Positions 28,019 to 41,200 are shown, numbered from the stretch's first letter. The stretch is DNA of 64,000 bases from Octopus vulgaris (GCA_951406725.2 OX597830.1:60326001-60390000), one strand, 5' to 3'. A program made the numbers and translations. The notes: a model not told the origin generated them from the letters alone.

Positions 28019-28198
28019 AATCAATTCTGATTAATCGAAAGTACCACGTGTTTTGATTCATTATGGATTACGTCAGTTTCTCAGTATCTTCCAAATAAAC
28101 CCCAATAAAGTAGTCACATGTCACAGAGCGGCACTTGGCACTGACACACAACCCATCAACAACCTTAACAATAAAAAAATAATCAAAAACTACATATA

Positions 28199-28597
28199 GG
28201 CGCAGGAGTGGCTGTGTGGTAAGTAGCTTGCTTACCAACCACATGGTTCCGTGTTCAGTCCCAATGCGTGGCACCATGGGCAAGTGTCTTCTACTATAAC
28301 CCCGGGCCGACCAATGCCTTGTGAGTGGATTTGGTAGACGGAAACTGAAAGAAGCCTGTTGTATATATGTATATATGTATGTGTATATGTTTGTGTGTCT
28401 GTGTTTGTCCCCCTAGCATTGCTTGACAACCGATGCTGATGTGTTTAGGTCCCCGCCACTTAGCGGTTCGGCAAAAGATACCGATAGAATAAGTACTGGG
28501 CTTACAAAGAATAAGTCCCGGGGTCGATTTGCTCGACTAAAGGCGGTGCTCCAGCATGGCCGCAGTCAAATGACTGAAACTAGTAAAAGAGTAAAGA
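28199..28597 (+). mobile_element. Octopus-type tRNA-derived SINE family A, full length (reference copy)
   Basis: ggcgcaggag-tggctgtgtgg (A box), gttcagtcc (B box), central TA/TG tract, conserved body, tgaaac..gtaaaagagtaa tail; more than 10 copies in the window. Confidence 0.93.
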
Positions 28598-28604
28598 TAT
28601 CTTT

Positions 28605-28822
28605 TATTTTTTTAATCTTTTGCTTGTTTCAGTCATTCTACAACGACCATGCTGGGGCACCGAATTGAAGAATTTTCAGTCGAACAAATCGTCACCAGGA
28701 CTTTTTTAAAATCTAATATTTATTCTATCGTTCTCTTTCGCAGAGCCACTAAGTTACGAGGACTTAAACACACCAACACCGGTTGCCAAGCGGTGTTGGG
28801 GGACATACACAAAGACCAACAC
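28605..28822 (-). mobile_element. SINE family A, 3' portion, tail-to-tail with the previous copy
   Basis: Diverged reverse complement of 28400-28597. Confidence 0.8.
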
Positions 28823-29180
28823 AACATACATACATACATACATACATACATACATACATACATACATACATACATACATACACACATACATACATACACA
28901 CATACATACATACATTCATTCATACATACATACACACACATACATAAATACATACATACATGCATATATATACATAGAAACATACATACATACATACATA
29001 CAAGGATACATACATACATACATAAACACATACATACATGCATACATACATACATACATACATACATACATACATACATGCATATATATACATAGAAACA
29101 TACATACATGCATACATGCATACATACATACTTACATATATACATACATACATACATACATACATACATGTATATATATA

Positions 29181-29241
<61 letters not shown>

Positions 29242-29402
29242 ATAGTAGCTTACGATAAGTTTTTAGATACCTTGAAATTTTGAGATTTCATAATTTGTAA
29301 CATGTTTCTTGCATTTTATATTTAATTTTCTCTCATCTTGAACAGATTAATAGATTTTTCAAATGATATTTCACAATTAAAGTGAAAGGAAGTGCTAAAA
29401 TT

Positions 29403-30647
29403 AGCGAATTCAAACAAGGTTAAATCATAAACGTCATCAATGCGGAAAGTCGATGTGAGAAATAGAAATAGTTTTTTAAGGTAGATCATCAGACTATTAA
29501 TAACTAGCAGTATCACCCGGCGTTGCTCGGGTTTGTTTCGACCGTTTAGAACTGAAATTTTTGAAAAGTAAAAATTTTGCATTATGTAGCTTCTTATTCT
29601 CTGGTAACATGTCACCCAGTAAACCTGTTGCATGGTCGGGTCGTCGGCGACTAAACCGGTAACCCCACCAAGCTTGCTTGGTGAGGAGGGTGTTTATTGG
29701 ACACCCTGCGGGGTGAAAATCAAAACCCGTCAAAGGGCGGAGGAACTCTTGAGAGCCAACGGCCATCCAATAAATGTCTTAAGGCTGTATCATGCGCGGG
29801 GACATAGAAATAATCGGACTGAATACCCGATCGCGCGGTTAAACCATTGGGAGTGAAGGACTCCTAGCCTTTGTTAGGGCATCCTTCTAGGTGAAGGTAA
29901 CTCAGGTAACTGGGATAACTCCGACATAAAACCTGCGGCTCAGTGGTTACCGATGATGTTGACTTGTTCTTCTTTTGGGATTATGGCTGCTGTTGCTTAG
30001 TGAGTGGAGTTGGCTCAGTGCACAGCCTTTCCTCACTTTAAAAATAAAATCTTCTTGCACAGGCATTGCACGATAACAACATTGATTAAGCTTCGCGCAA
30101 TGGCCATACTCGATAACGAGGGGGCAGCCACCATGTATGATGCATGTGTATATAAGTGTATGTGTCTATATATGAGTATATTTAAGTGAGGCTGCGAGAC
30201 TTAGTGGTTAGGGTTTTCGACTCACGATCGTAAAGTTCTGAGTTCGATTCCCTGCTGTGCATTGTGTCCTTAAGCAAGACACTTTATTTCCCGTTGCTCC
30301 AGTCCATTCAGCTGGCAAAAATTAGGTGAACCCGTATTTCAAAATGCTAGCATTTTTTACATTCTGTGTCACGTTCAGTCTCCCTGAGAATTACTTTAGG
30401 GTCCACGTGTGTCTGTAGAGTGCTCAACCACCTACACTTTAATTTCAAGCGAATTCAAACAAGGTTAAATCATAAACGTCATCAATGCGGAAAGTCGATG
30501 TGAGAAATAGAAATATTTTTTTAAGGTAGATCATCAGACTATTAATAACTAGCAGTATCACCCGGCGTTGCTCGGGTTTGTTTCGACCGTTTAGAACTGA
30601 AATTTTTGAAAAGTAAAAATTTTGCATTATGTAGCTTCTTATTCTCT
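29403..30647. repeat. Local duplication: 200-bp direct repeats (29403-29602, 30448-30647) flanking an 849-bp copy (29601-30449) of 32910-33758
   Basis: Direct comparison; identical ORFs 29632/32941 and 30004/33313; one G/T difference seen between the 200-bp repeats (29471/30516). Confidence 0.95.
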
Positions 30648-30900
30648 TTAAGTGAACATTTTTCTGGTTGAAATACACCGAAAAATGGCGACACAGCAGT
30701 CAAAAAATCGTAAAAAATAGGGATTTTCATAGAAAAAAAGCACCTTTTTGATGTAAATAATTTTTGGTCTTAACATTGTCCGATTTGAAATTTTTCGTCT
30801 ACGGAATGAAGAGCAAGCCTTCTTCTATCATATTCTCAATTTTGGTCAACTTGCGCCGCAGGGTCTCGGAGGAGATAGTATTAGTTGAAGGCTACCAAAG
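30549..30900 (-). mobile_element. Non-autonomous Helitron 3' portion (truncated duplicate at 29504-29602)
   Basis: Minus-strand end aacccgagcaacgccgggtgatactgCTAG|T, almost identical to the end of 9557-10069. Confidence 0.8.
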
Positions 30901-31094
30901 AAGAAGGACATTGTCGTATGAAACCTCGTTCTGGAAGGCTGAATATTGTTTCGGATAGAGAAATGAAAGCACTGAAGAGGGAAATCATCAGAAACCGTTA
31001 TCTTATCATCAAAGAGGTTGCAAACAACATGAAAATGTCGCCATATGAAAAGTCCTAAAAAAACTAGGATATGAAAGAAGGATTGCAAGAAAGA

Positions 31095-31986
31095 AGCCGT
31101 TGATTTCAGACATCAACAAAGGGTCACCGAAGAGAGGGCCAAGAACGTCTGTTGATGCTGTGGCTGTGTGGGACGTCACCCCATCCTACTGAAACCATAC
31201 ACGTCGAATAGGCATACATTTTTGTCATAATTCAGGCACAAAGAAGTTGTTCATCTCGATGTAACACTCGAAGTTCGCAGTAACAGCTTTTCCAATAGCA
31301 CACCAAACCGTCACTTCTGGGCTGTACAGTGGTCTTCCGTGCAGTTCTCTCGGATTTTCAAGAGCCCAATAACGACAGTTCTGTTGACTCACCATGTCAT
31401 TAAGATGAAAATGAGCTTCATCACTCATTAACAAAATGAGATTACCATTTGCCTCAAAAATTGCTTCCATCTGATGTGCGAAGTTAAGCCGCTGTGCATA
31501 GTCCTATAGTTGCAACTGTTGCCCAATGACTAATTTGTATGGGTGGACATGCAAGTCTTCATGCAAAATACGCCTTATCGATCGATTACCGATGCCAAGT
31601 TTAGTGGAATGCTTCCGGGCAGAGTGATTCTGACAACGTATCAAAGCTTATCCACACTTTCCACGGTCCGTACCGTTCCTGGTGCTCCCACCGGTCTCCT
31701 ATTTCTTAGTGAACCTCGTGTACGAAGTGCATTCACCCGATATAAGATTGTGTTATGGGTGGGAACAACTTGATTTCCGTGAATATTAAAGTGGGGCCGA
31801 AACTAACGCTGAACTGCTGTGATAGACTCATTATTCTCCATGTAACTGTTGTAGGCAAACACGCGATGATCTCTCATCCACAGCGCTGTGGCTTCTCCTG
31901 AAAAGAAAAAAGAAGAATGTTAAGATGCCACGACCGAATGGTACCTGTCGGACACATGTCACTCCCGTACTCTCTACCCCACCCTG
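31095..31986 (-). mobile_element. Tc1/mariner-superfamily rosa/DD41D-type transposon, 3'-truncated and disrupted
   Basis: TA|CAGGGTG terminus at 31986; N-terminal HTH (NESITAVQR.FR.HF), SDEAHFHL..VSQQNCRYWALENP, VTVWCA and VWFQ*DGVTSHTA motifs. Confidence 0.82.
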
Positions 31987-32031
31987 TATCTATATCTATT
32001 CTATCTATCTAACTATCTATCTATCTGTCTG

Positions 32032-32076
<45 letters not shown>

Positions 32077-32294
32077 ACAAACTTATAGGGGAAATAAATA
32101 TCAGAGATGCCTCCCCCCTCCCACAGAAACAGCAGGAGTGACTCAGAAGTTCTGGAAGTTCTTGTAAATCCATTCCTGTCCAGAATACGATTTCCATAGT
32201 CTCATCTCAAACTCTTTCAGAAACGACAGATGATTCTGGTACCTTACACATACATACATACATACATACATACATACATACATACATACATACA

Positions 32295-32327
<33 letters not shown>

Positions 32328-32504
32328 GTTTGTGGTGTGAATGTGTATATGAGTATGTGTGTTTATGTGTCTGTGTATATATATATATATATATAATAAA
32401 TCGTATGGTATACAACTGGTAGTCTGCTAGATGGGTCGAAACGATTGTAGGGATCAATAAAGATTCTCACGCCTACCATCGTTTGTTTCTCTCATTAATT
32501 ACAT

Positions 32505-32740
32505 ATAGAGAGAAGTAAATGAAAAATAAAAGCAGGAAAAACAACGAAAGTCAAGAGGACGTATACACGAGGAGTGTATTTGATTGACGCTCAGAGAAAG
32601 TTTAAGATAGTTAGAGGGGATGTGACGTTTCGAGTATAACTCTTTGTCAGAAAGAGGTAACACGAAAATGTCTAGAGAGGAGAAAAAGAATATTTCGAGA
32701 AAAGTATGTGTCGTTATGCATAAGTATCTGTTCGAAGTGG
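32505..32740 (-). mobile_element. PLE pLTR-type 3' fragment with degenerate hammerhead-like motif
   Basis: Minus strand ctgacaaagag-ttata-ctc-gaaacgtc..ctgagcgtc, related to 35973-36175 and 41850-42140. Confidence 0.5.
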
Positions 32741-32887
32741 ACTACTTTCATTTGTAGTTCTCAATACAAAATACAAGTGCGGAGTTTTATATCTTTCTTT
32801 ATATGAAAGTTTGCTCAGCGATCACTATGCAAACTTCTAGATAAAAACGCGTGTGTATGCATACATATATGCATGATGCATGTGTAT

Positions 32888-33445
32888 GTCAGGTCACTTT
32901 CGAGTGCTACTGGTAACATGTCACCCAGTAAACCTGTTGCATGGTCGGGTCGTCGGCGACTAAACCGGTAACCCCACCAAGCTTGCTTGGTGAGGAGGGT
33001 GTTTATTGGACACCCTGCGGGGTGAAAATCAAAACCCGTCAAAGGGCGGAGGAACTCTTGAGAGCCAACGGCCATCCAATAAATGTCTTAAGGCTGTATC
33101 ATGCGCGGGGACATAGAAATAATCGGACTGAATACCCGATCGCGCGGTTAAACCATTGGGAGTGAAGGACTCCTAGCCTTTGTTAGGGCATCCTTCTAGG
33201 TGAAGGTAACTCAGGTAACTGGGATAACTCCGACATAAAACCTGCGGCTCAGTGGTTACCGATGATGTTGACTTGTTCTTCTTTTGGGATTATGGCTGCT
33301 GTTGCTTAGTGAGTGGAGTTGGCTCAGTGCACAGCCTTTCCTCACTTTAAAAATAAAATCTTCTTGCACAGGCATTGCACGATAACAACATTGATTAAGC
33401 TTCGCGCAATGGCCATACTCGATAACGAGGGGGCAGCCACCATGT
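32888..33445 (+). mobile_element. Non-autonomous RTE-derived retroelement (LINE 5' region fused to 3' end), 558 bp
   Basis: 15-bp TSD atgatgcatgtgtat (32873-32887, 33446-33460); RTE 5'UTR-like motif agggcatccttctaggtgaaggtaactc; last ~50 nt shared with the RTE 3' end at 36814-36864; no RT. Confidence 0.85.
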
Positions 33446-33498
33446 ATGATGCATGTGTATATAAGTGTATGTGTCTATATATGAGTATATTTAAGTGA

Positions 33499-33822
33499 GG
33501 CTGCGAGACTTAGTGGTTAGGGTTTTCGACTCACGATCGTAAAGTTCTGAGTTCGATTCCCTGCTGTGCATTGTGTCCTTAAGCAAGACACTTTATTTCC
33601 CGTTGCTCCAGTCCATTCAGCTGGCAAAAATTAGGTGAACCCGTATTTCAAAATGCTAGCATTTTTTACATTCTGTGTCACGTTCAGTCTCCCTGAGAAT
33701 TACTTTAGGGTCCACGTGTGTCTGTAGAGTGCTCAACCACCTACACTTTAATTTCAAGTGCAGGGTGTTCTGTGGATCAGATAGACTGGAACTATCGTCA
33801 TCGTAGTCGACAGAGTGCCAAT
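33499..33822 (+). mobile_element. tRNA-derived SINE family C (partial duplicate 30190-30449; degraded relative ~41670-41825)
   Basis: A-box-like ttagtggttagg, B box gttcgattcc, then ttgtgtccttaagcaagacacttta core. Confidence 0.75.
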
Positions 33823-33992
33823 GTTTTGTGTGTGTGTGTGTGTACACATGTATGTCTACATATGCATATATGTATATATATGTATATATATATATATATT
33901 CATATGCATGTATGTATATATATGAACACACGCATACATAAGTATATATATATATGTATATATATATATATGTATATATATGTATATATATG

Positions 33993-34023
<31 letters not shown>

Positions 34024-34032
34024 GTGTGTGTG

Positions 34033-34116
<84 letters not shown>

Positions 34117-35645
34117 ATACCCACAGACATACATACATACATACATACATACATACATACATACATACATACATACATACATACATACACACATATAAAT
34201 TGCTTTTAAAATCTGTAGCTGTTAATTGTACGTTCCGTTTTACGATTTTCAAAGCAATCTAATTCATCAAAACCATATTATCGCCACTTCCATCACCAGC
34301 GCCACCGCCGCCGCCGGCGCCACCACCATCACCGCCGCAACCTCCTCATCACCGACATCACTAACGCGCCAACACGCTCCACGACCATACCACCACCACC
34401 ACCACCACCATCACCATCAAACACCCTACTATCATCATCACACTACCATTATCATCCACATTATCAGCCATCACGATTCAACCCCCACTGTCGGGGGTGG
34501 GGTGGGGCGTGGTGGGAGTGGTGATGCAAAAAGATTGTGATAATGGTGGCGGGTGCGGCGGCGGAGGCGGCGTAGGTGGCGGTGTGTTGAAGCAAATATA
34601 TCGGGAGTATATTTATAGCTCCACAATTCTGTATGTTTAAGAGAGGGGGATGTGGCGTTTCTTCAAAGATTCACCATGGGGCCTTTTTATAGAGAAGGAT
34701 GCCATAAAACTGTCTTTAATGGTCTTCGTTGACGAAAAATCTCTCCGAGTCAATCCTTCTGATCACAATTCCTCACCAAAATCTATATTCACTGCCAGAA
34801 CCGTTACAGCTACATTCAACTCGCAATTCTTGTACACACATGCATGCATGCATACATACATACATACATACATACATACATACATACATACATACATACA
34901 TACATACATACATACATACATACATGTGCATACACAAAATTATAATCATTTACATAGTGATATTTTATTAACTTTCCATCACACACATAAATGCAAACTG
35001 AAACACATACATGCACACACACTCATATACATACATACCTACATACACACACACACACTCATATACATACATACATTCATACACATACATACACACACTC
35101 ATATACATACATATATACATACATACATGCATGCATGCATACATACATACATACACACACACATACACACACACTCATATACATACACACACACACTCAT
35201 ATATATACATACATACACAAACACACTCATATATATACATACACGCATACATACACAGTCGTATATCCAATCGTATTTCACAAGCAACTTGCTCTTTATG
35301 CATGCGCCTTATTTGATTTATAAATTTATTCAATTATTTTGTTGGCATGGCAGGGTGATGGAAGGCAACCACTGTACTATATATTTGTTGGTTCAGTCGT
35401 ATGTGTGGCTGTGATATGGAACGTGTGCGTAATTTTTCTCTCGTTTATATTCCATTTTCACTCCTTTAAGAGTTCACGTTTCTTCCCAGATCGATAAATA
35501 TAAACACAGGGACAAACCCGCACCATACATCATACACACATACACGCACACACACACACAAATACAACGTACACACACATGTACAGACGAAGGAAGCATG
35601 TAGTTATGTATATGCACACATGCACCCTATATATATATATATAGC

Positions 35646-35737
<92 letters not shown>

Positions 35738-35972
35738 GAAACGGGAATAGTTAAGCATACAAATGGATTGAATGATGTGAGTGAACAGCAGTTACACATA
35801 TATATATCGAAATTCTGATAGCTATAAACATATGCGTTTATATATACATACATACGCACGTATTTATGAAACTTTCAGATCAATAAACTAAGCAGTATCA
35901 GTGTGGGTGTCTAAGTGTCGAGGCATACCTACATGAAAGTGTAAAGATACATGTTATATATATATATATATA

Positions 35973-36173
35973 TAACGGGAAGGTTTACGAAAATAAACAA
36001 AAGACGAAGGCAGGTGGAGTACAAACAAACAAATGTATTAGTATGGCGCTCAGGAATAGAAATAAAACAAGTCTTTTACGTTTCGAGCCTACACTCTTCG
36101 ACAGAAAGATACACAGGAAAGAAACAAGGAGAGAAAAAAATGCGTGCAGGAGCTAACGATTCAACATGGCGTT

Positions 36174-36175
<2 letters not shown>
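35973..36175 (-). mobile_element. PLE pLTR-type 3' fragment inserted in (TA)n
   Basis: Reverse complement of 41900-42140; ends cccgtta|TATA; hammerhead-like motif at 36071-36108. Confidence 0.65.
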
Positions 36176-36247
<72 letters not shown>

Positions 36248-36274
36248 CATAGTGAGAGAGAGAGAGAGAGAGAG

Positions 36275-36354
<80 letters not shown>

Positions 36355-36392
36355 GTGTGTGTGTATGTATGTATGTGTGTATGTATGTATGT

Positions 36393-36875
36393 GCAACTTG
36401 AGAAATCTCGAGTTGCACATGAGAAAGTAAGGAGGGATGTCAGGAAGGGCACCGCTGTTACACTTCCAGATGGGAAGGGTCTTCCTATGATGCTGACATG
36501 CAGTGTCTGTGCAAGACCCTGCCTCAGTGAAGCTGGACTCAAGAGTCATCTTCGTAGTCATAAAGCGAGACAGATGAGTGACAACCTGGCCACTGGTGGT
36601 GGTGTTACACACCATACTAATCATATCTGTCAGGCATGTGGAAGAGAGTGTAATTCGGCAGGAGGACTTAAACGACATGCAAAGGTACATGAAGCCCAGT
36701 TACAACTACAGCCGGCTATTACCGGTAAAGGTTTTAGCTGCCAATTCTGTACAAGACATTGTAGATCTTTGGCTGGGCTAAGAAGTCACATTCGATCACA
36801 GCACCAATAACAGTTAAGCTTCGTGCAATGGCCATACTCGATAACGAGAGGGCAGCCATCATGTATGTATGTATA
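36393..36875 (+). mobile_element. 5'-truncated RTE-clade LINE: ORF C-terminus with three C2H2 fingers, 3'UTR and (ATGT)n tail
   Basis: CxxCxRxCxSxxGLxxHxxxH three times (RTE/BovB-type C-terminal finger), stop at 36810, short 3'UTR hairpin ctcg-ataa-cgag, then catgtatgtatgt. Confidence 0.85.
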
Positions 36876-37482
36876 ACATAGATAGGTAACCGGTAACCAT
36901 GTAGTGAATGTCGCACACCCAGAATTCTCAATGTAATAACATCTTTTAGTTAGAGAAAGTAAAGCACAACCCATATGATCTCTACAGTTATGTTTCTATC
37001 ATACTGGACTTCATTAGCGGTGTACAGTCTTCTCAAGTCTGTCTTGATCAATAGCCAACAATTTTTAAACGTAGGAAAAGTGTTACAGGAAATTTTGGCC
37101 AGAAATTTTTGCTCAGTTGTTGAAGAGTAACAAGAACTAACTGAAGTGGGCTAAAAATATGGATTAAAATAATGTATTGTCTTGTCAATCAAACTTTTGA
37201 AAGAAATATACATAAATGTAGAGCCCTAATAGGACAAAATATGTCCATTGCTGGCATCTTCAAGGTAATAAATATCCGATTTTACCTCCTAGATTGGAAA
37301 ATTAAATTTACTGTGAAATTAATTTTTAATTGCTGGAAATAATTTCTATTCTTTCAGACACCGCTAATAATTATTGCTTGATTTTAATTTTCTTGCATTC
37401 ACAGGCAGATTTCAATTCATTGATTTTGTGTGTGTGTGTGTGTGTGTGTGTGCGTGCGCGCGCGCGTGTGTGTGTGTGCGTA

Positions 37483-37527
<45 letters not shown>

Positions 37528-37617
37528 GTCGTACAAAACACTGTCCCAAAATTCGATGCATTGACCCATTATTTTTATTTTCCTTACTCACACACACACA
37601 CACACACACACACATTT

Positions 37618-37727
37618 ATTCTTTTATTTTTTACTTGTTTCAATCATTTGACTGCGACCATGCTGGAACACCACCTTTAGTCGAATAAATCGACCCCAGG
37701 ACTTATTCTTTGTAAGCCTAATACTTA
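37618..37727 (-). mobile_element. SINE family A, 3' end
   Basis: Reverse complement of the family A tail. Confidence 0.8.
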
Positions 37728-38521
37728 GGGGCTTTTGTTGGAGAGAGCCAATTCAAACTATTTTGAGTTTTATATATACTAACTAATGTATCCGGTGATT
37801 CCCGGGAAAGCGGGGCTTATCCCTCGGTTCCGTTCTCATAATTTGTTTCCCTAATCCGATAACAACAATACAAAGTATGTAGCCCTTAAAACGGTTTTGG
37901 TGCATTTACAGGGAATACTGAACTGTCTTACATAGGATTTTGTGTTTAGGAATTCCCAATAAGTTATGAATACCCAAATTGTGAAATCATTATGTAATAA
38001 CATGAAATTAGTTACCCGATAGTAAGAATTCAAATAAAGTAGCCCCGAAAAGGGCTTTAATGCGTTCCCAGAGTATATAAAACTTAGGAGGAAATACTAA
38101 TAAGGTATGTATACTAAAATCGTGAATCATTTTAATAACGGGCTAATCAGATATGAGAGAATAATAATTCAAAGTAAATAATTCTGAAAAAAGCTTTTGT
38201 GCGATCACAAAGAATATTACCCTCAGGGGCGCTGGTGTTGGTATATTCGTAAATAAGTCACTAACCGGATTAAGTGGATACCCTGTGTTACCTACACGAA
38301 ACTGTAACAACAGATGGGTTCCACAGCTTTCGATAAATGAATATACATTACTATATACATAACTTTTGTATTATCCTCTCAAATTATACCAAAATCTCAG
38401 GCAATAATAATTAATATTGTATTTATTGTCTGTAAAAATTATAGAATATAAAACAACTGTGATAAAAACTTATACCTACTTTTCTGACGAAAACAATGCG
38501 TTCTGAACATTTTGGCCGCAA

Positions 38522-38578
<57 letters not shown>

Positions 38579-38605
38579 AATACTTTGCGCCCTGTTTTTC
38601 TTTTG

Positions 38606-38669
<64 letters not shown>

Positions 38670-38836
38670 ATAAATTAATAATTTTAAATTTTAAATTTTT
38701 AACTTTAAATTTAAATAATTTAAATTTTAAATTTTGTATTTTATATATTTTGTATATTATATTAATTATTTTTATTTCTATGTTTTGGATTATGTTTTTC
38801 CCTGTTTGATTTGCCTAATAGTAGTTTTATCTCTAA

Positions 38837-39003
<167 letters not shown>

Positions 39004-39172
39004 TAGATATAGATATATATATTGAATAATTTTCTTAAGTTTCTGTATTGGAGCACGTATGTGTGAGTGTGTATGAGCGCGTGTGTGCGCCTGTATGTGT
39101 GTACATATATATATGATTTTGATTTTGATTTTTCCAGTTTCAGCTAATGAGCTGTGGCCATGCTGGGGCACC

Positions 39173-39212
<40 letters not shown>

Positions 39213-39275
39213 AACCAACTTTCTTATCTATATATATATATATATATATACATATGTATATATAGAAATTATATA

Positions 39276-39316
<41 letters not shown>

Positions 39317-39339
39317 CACACACAAAAATATACGATGCA

Positions 39340-39868
39340 ATCATTTTTAAAGAATTATTGCTAGTTTCTTCTTTGAACATTTGGTTGAAGAAGTTTCCTG
39401 CTAGCTGTTCTGCCATAGTAACCAAGCTGATGGAGACACCTTGGAGACACCTCACAGAAGTACTCCAACTCATTTGGAGTCGCTCGGCAACATCAGCTGC
39501 CTTACAACGGGGATTACTTTCAACAATCTGTTTGTCAGCCCAAAAGATATCTGTGAGAGGGTCCCAGGTCGGCCTTGAGTGGGATGCTGTTGATTCCTTT
39601 CCTTTGCTGATGAATTGCAGAATCACTCTGTTGACTGTGGCAAAGGGGAATCCCAAGGTTTTGTGTAATCTTGCGCTGGCTAAGCCCACGCTAGATTGAC
39701 CTGCTGTACGTCCGCTTTGTAAAACCAGACGACTCTTTTTAGCTTCTGATATTCGCGCCATGACTTGTTGCTATAAACGGTTGTAATCCGTAATGAAGGA
39801 AAAAATGATGATAATACATGAAAAAGTTGGAAGCAGCAGGTAGTGTCCGCACAAATAAAACAGTGTGA
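39340..39868 (-). pseudogene. Tc1-like transposase N-terminal relic
   Basis: ORF from 39761 with HTH-like LGFPFATVNRVILQF..G and a second HTH-like NPRCKAADVAERL; no catalytic domain. Confidence 0.5.
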
Positions 39869-40329
39869 TGACGGGTAGCTGTTTAATTTTGAGAGATATC
39901 TGTGTGTGTGTATATGTGTATATATGTGTGTGAGAGAGAGAGAGAGAGAGAGGGGGGGTGTATGCGTGCGTGCGAGTATGTGAATGCGTGTATATGTGTG
40001 TATGTATGTATGTATGTATGTATGTATGTATGTATGTATGTATGTATGTATGTGTGTATGTATGTGTGTGTATGTGCGTGTGAATGTGTATGTACGTGTG
40101 TATAAAGTGATGTAGGAGAAGTTTTTAGACTCACATTGATTTTTCGTTTTTCCTAATTAAATGTGTCCTCCCTTCTTTGCAAGTACGAATATGAATTGCG
40201 CTTTTAGACGAATATTAACATTAATTTGATAAAAATACTGCGATGAAAACTATTGTAAAACAAGATATCGATGAATTTACACTCAGGCAAGTCATCGGAT
40301 GATATCAATGTGGAAAGTCCATTTTAAAA

Positions 40330-41200
40330 ATCGATCACTTTTTTGGTATTAATCATCAAACAGCAAATAATGTAGTCAAGCGATGGAATAAAAAAAGGCA
40401 TTGCCAAATGAGGAAGGGAACTGTTAGGCCGCCAAAAGGTTTCTGAGAGGGTGAGGAGGGTAGTTAAGAGGTAAATTATAATACATTGATCTGCAACTGC
40501 CAGAGACGTTAAATACTCTTCAGATATCGCACTAGATTGCATAACAACAGTATTGAAAAAAGCTTTTGGACATAAACAAGGAACTGCAAGAAAGAATCCA
40601 AATATTTGAAAATCTAATAAGTTCAAATGATTCAGCTGGAGCAACAAGCAAGACGAGTCTCGGTGGTCAATAAAATGATCTGGGGGAAGGAAATTCTGTC
40701 AATTTTCCAATTCGAGGAAACGAAACTGAAACATGTAAGCCGGTTTGTTTGCAAGAAAAGGTTAAAGATGGGGGGCGGGGCCAAAGTTATGGTATGGCGG
40801 ATAGTTTGGGCGGTAGGAAAACATCAGAGCTGCTTTCAGTGAAATATCAATTAAATGGGGGGGGGGGGGATACTGCAAAATACTTGAAAGGAATGCATTA
40901 CCCAACCATTTCAGTGTTGGAATTCATGCGGAGACCAATCTTTTACGGGAAGAGGGAAACCTCACGAGAAACAAGTAAAATATCGAAGGCTTTGGAAGGG
41001 ACTCACAAAACAGAATCTCTGAAACGGCTTTAATCTGATACAAGACGTATGAGAAAATCTTCAGAGAAGATTACAAGATTGTGGAAATTAAATCAGTTAC
41101 ATCAGCTACAGAGCTACAAGAAACGGTGACTGAGGAGTGCATATCCATAGATTAGACTAATATTGAAAATTTAATCATATCGGGGGAAACCGTGATATTA
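40330..41200 (+). pseudogene. Highly degraded Tc1-like transposase
   Basis: GGGAKVMVW motif and weak remnants of the downstream catalytic region; many stops. Confidence 0.4.

Noticed and set aside
33499-33565. tRNA gene (also the heads at 9067, 28199 and 59909)
   Set aside because: A/B boxes are present but there is no complete cloverleaf, and each continues into a SINE body.
34280-34590. GC-rich patch resembling a CpG island or G-quadruplex fold-back
   Set aside because: Made of low-complexity CAC/GCC and GGT/GGC triplets, with no associated gene start.
36355-36810. Host C2H2 zinc-finger gene
   Set aside because: No TGEKP linkers, start lies in a microsatellite, RTE-type finger consensus, and it is followed by a LINE 3'UTR and tail shared with another element.
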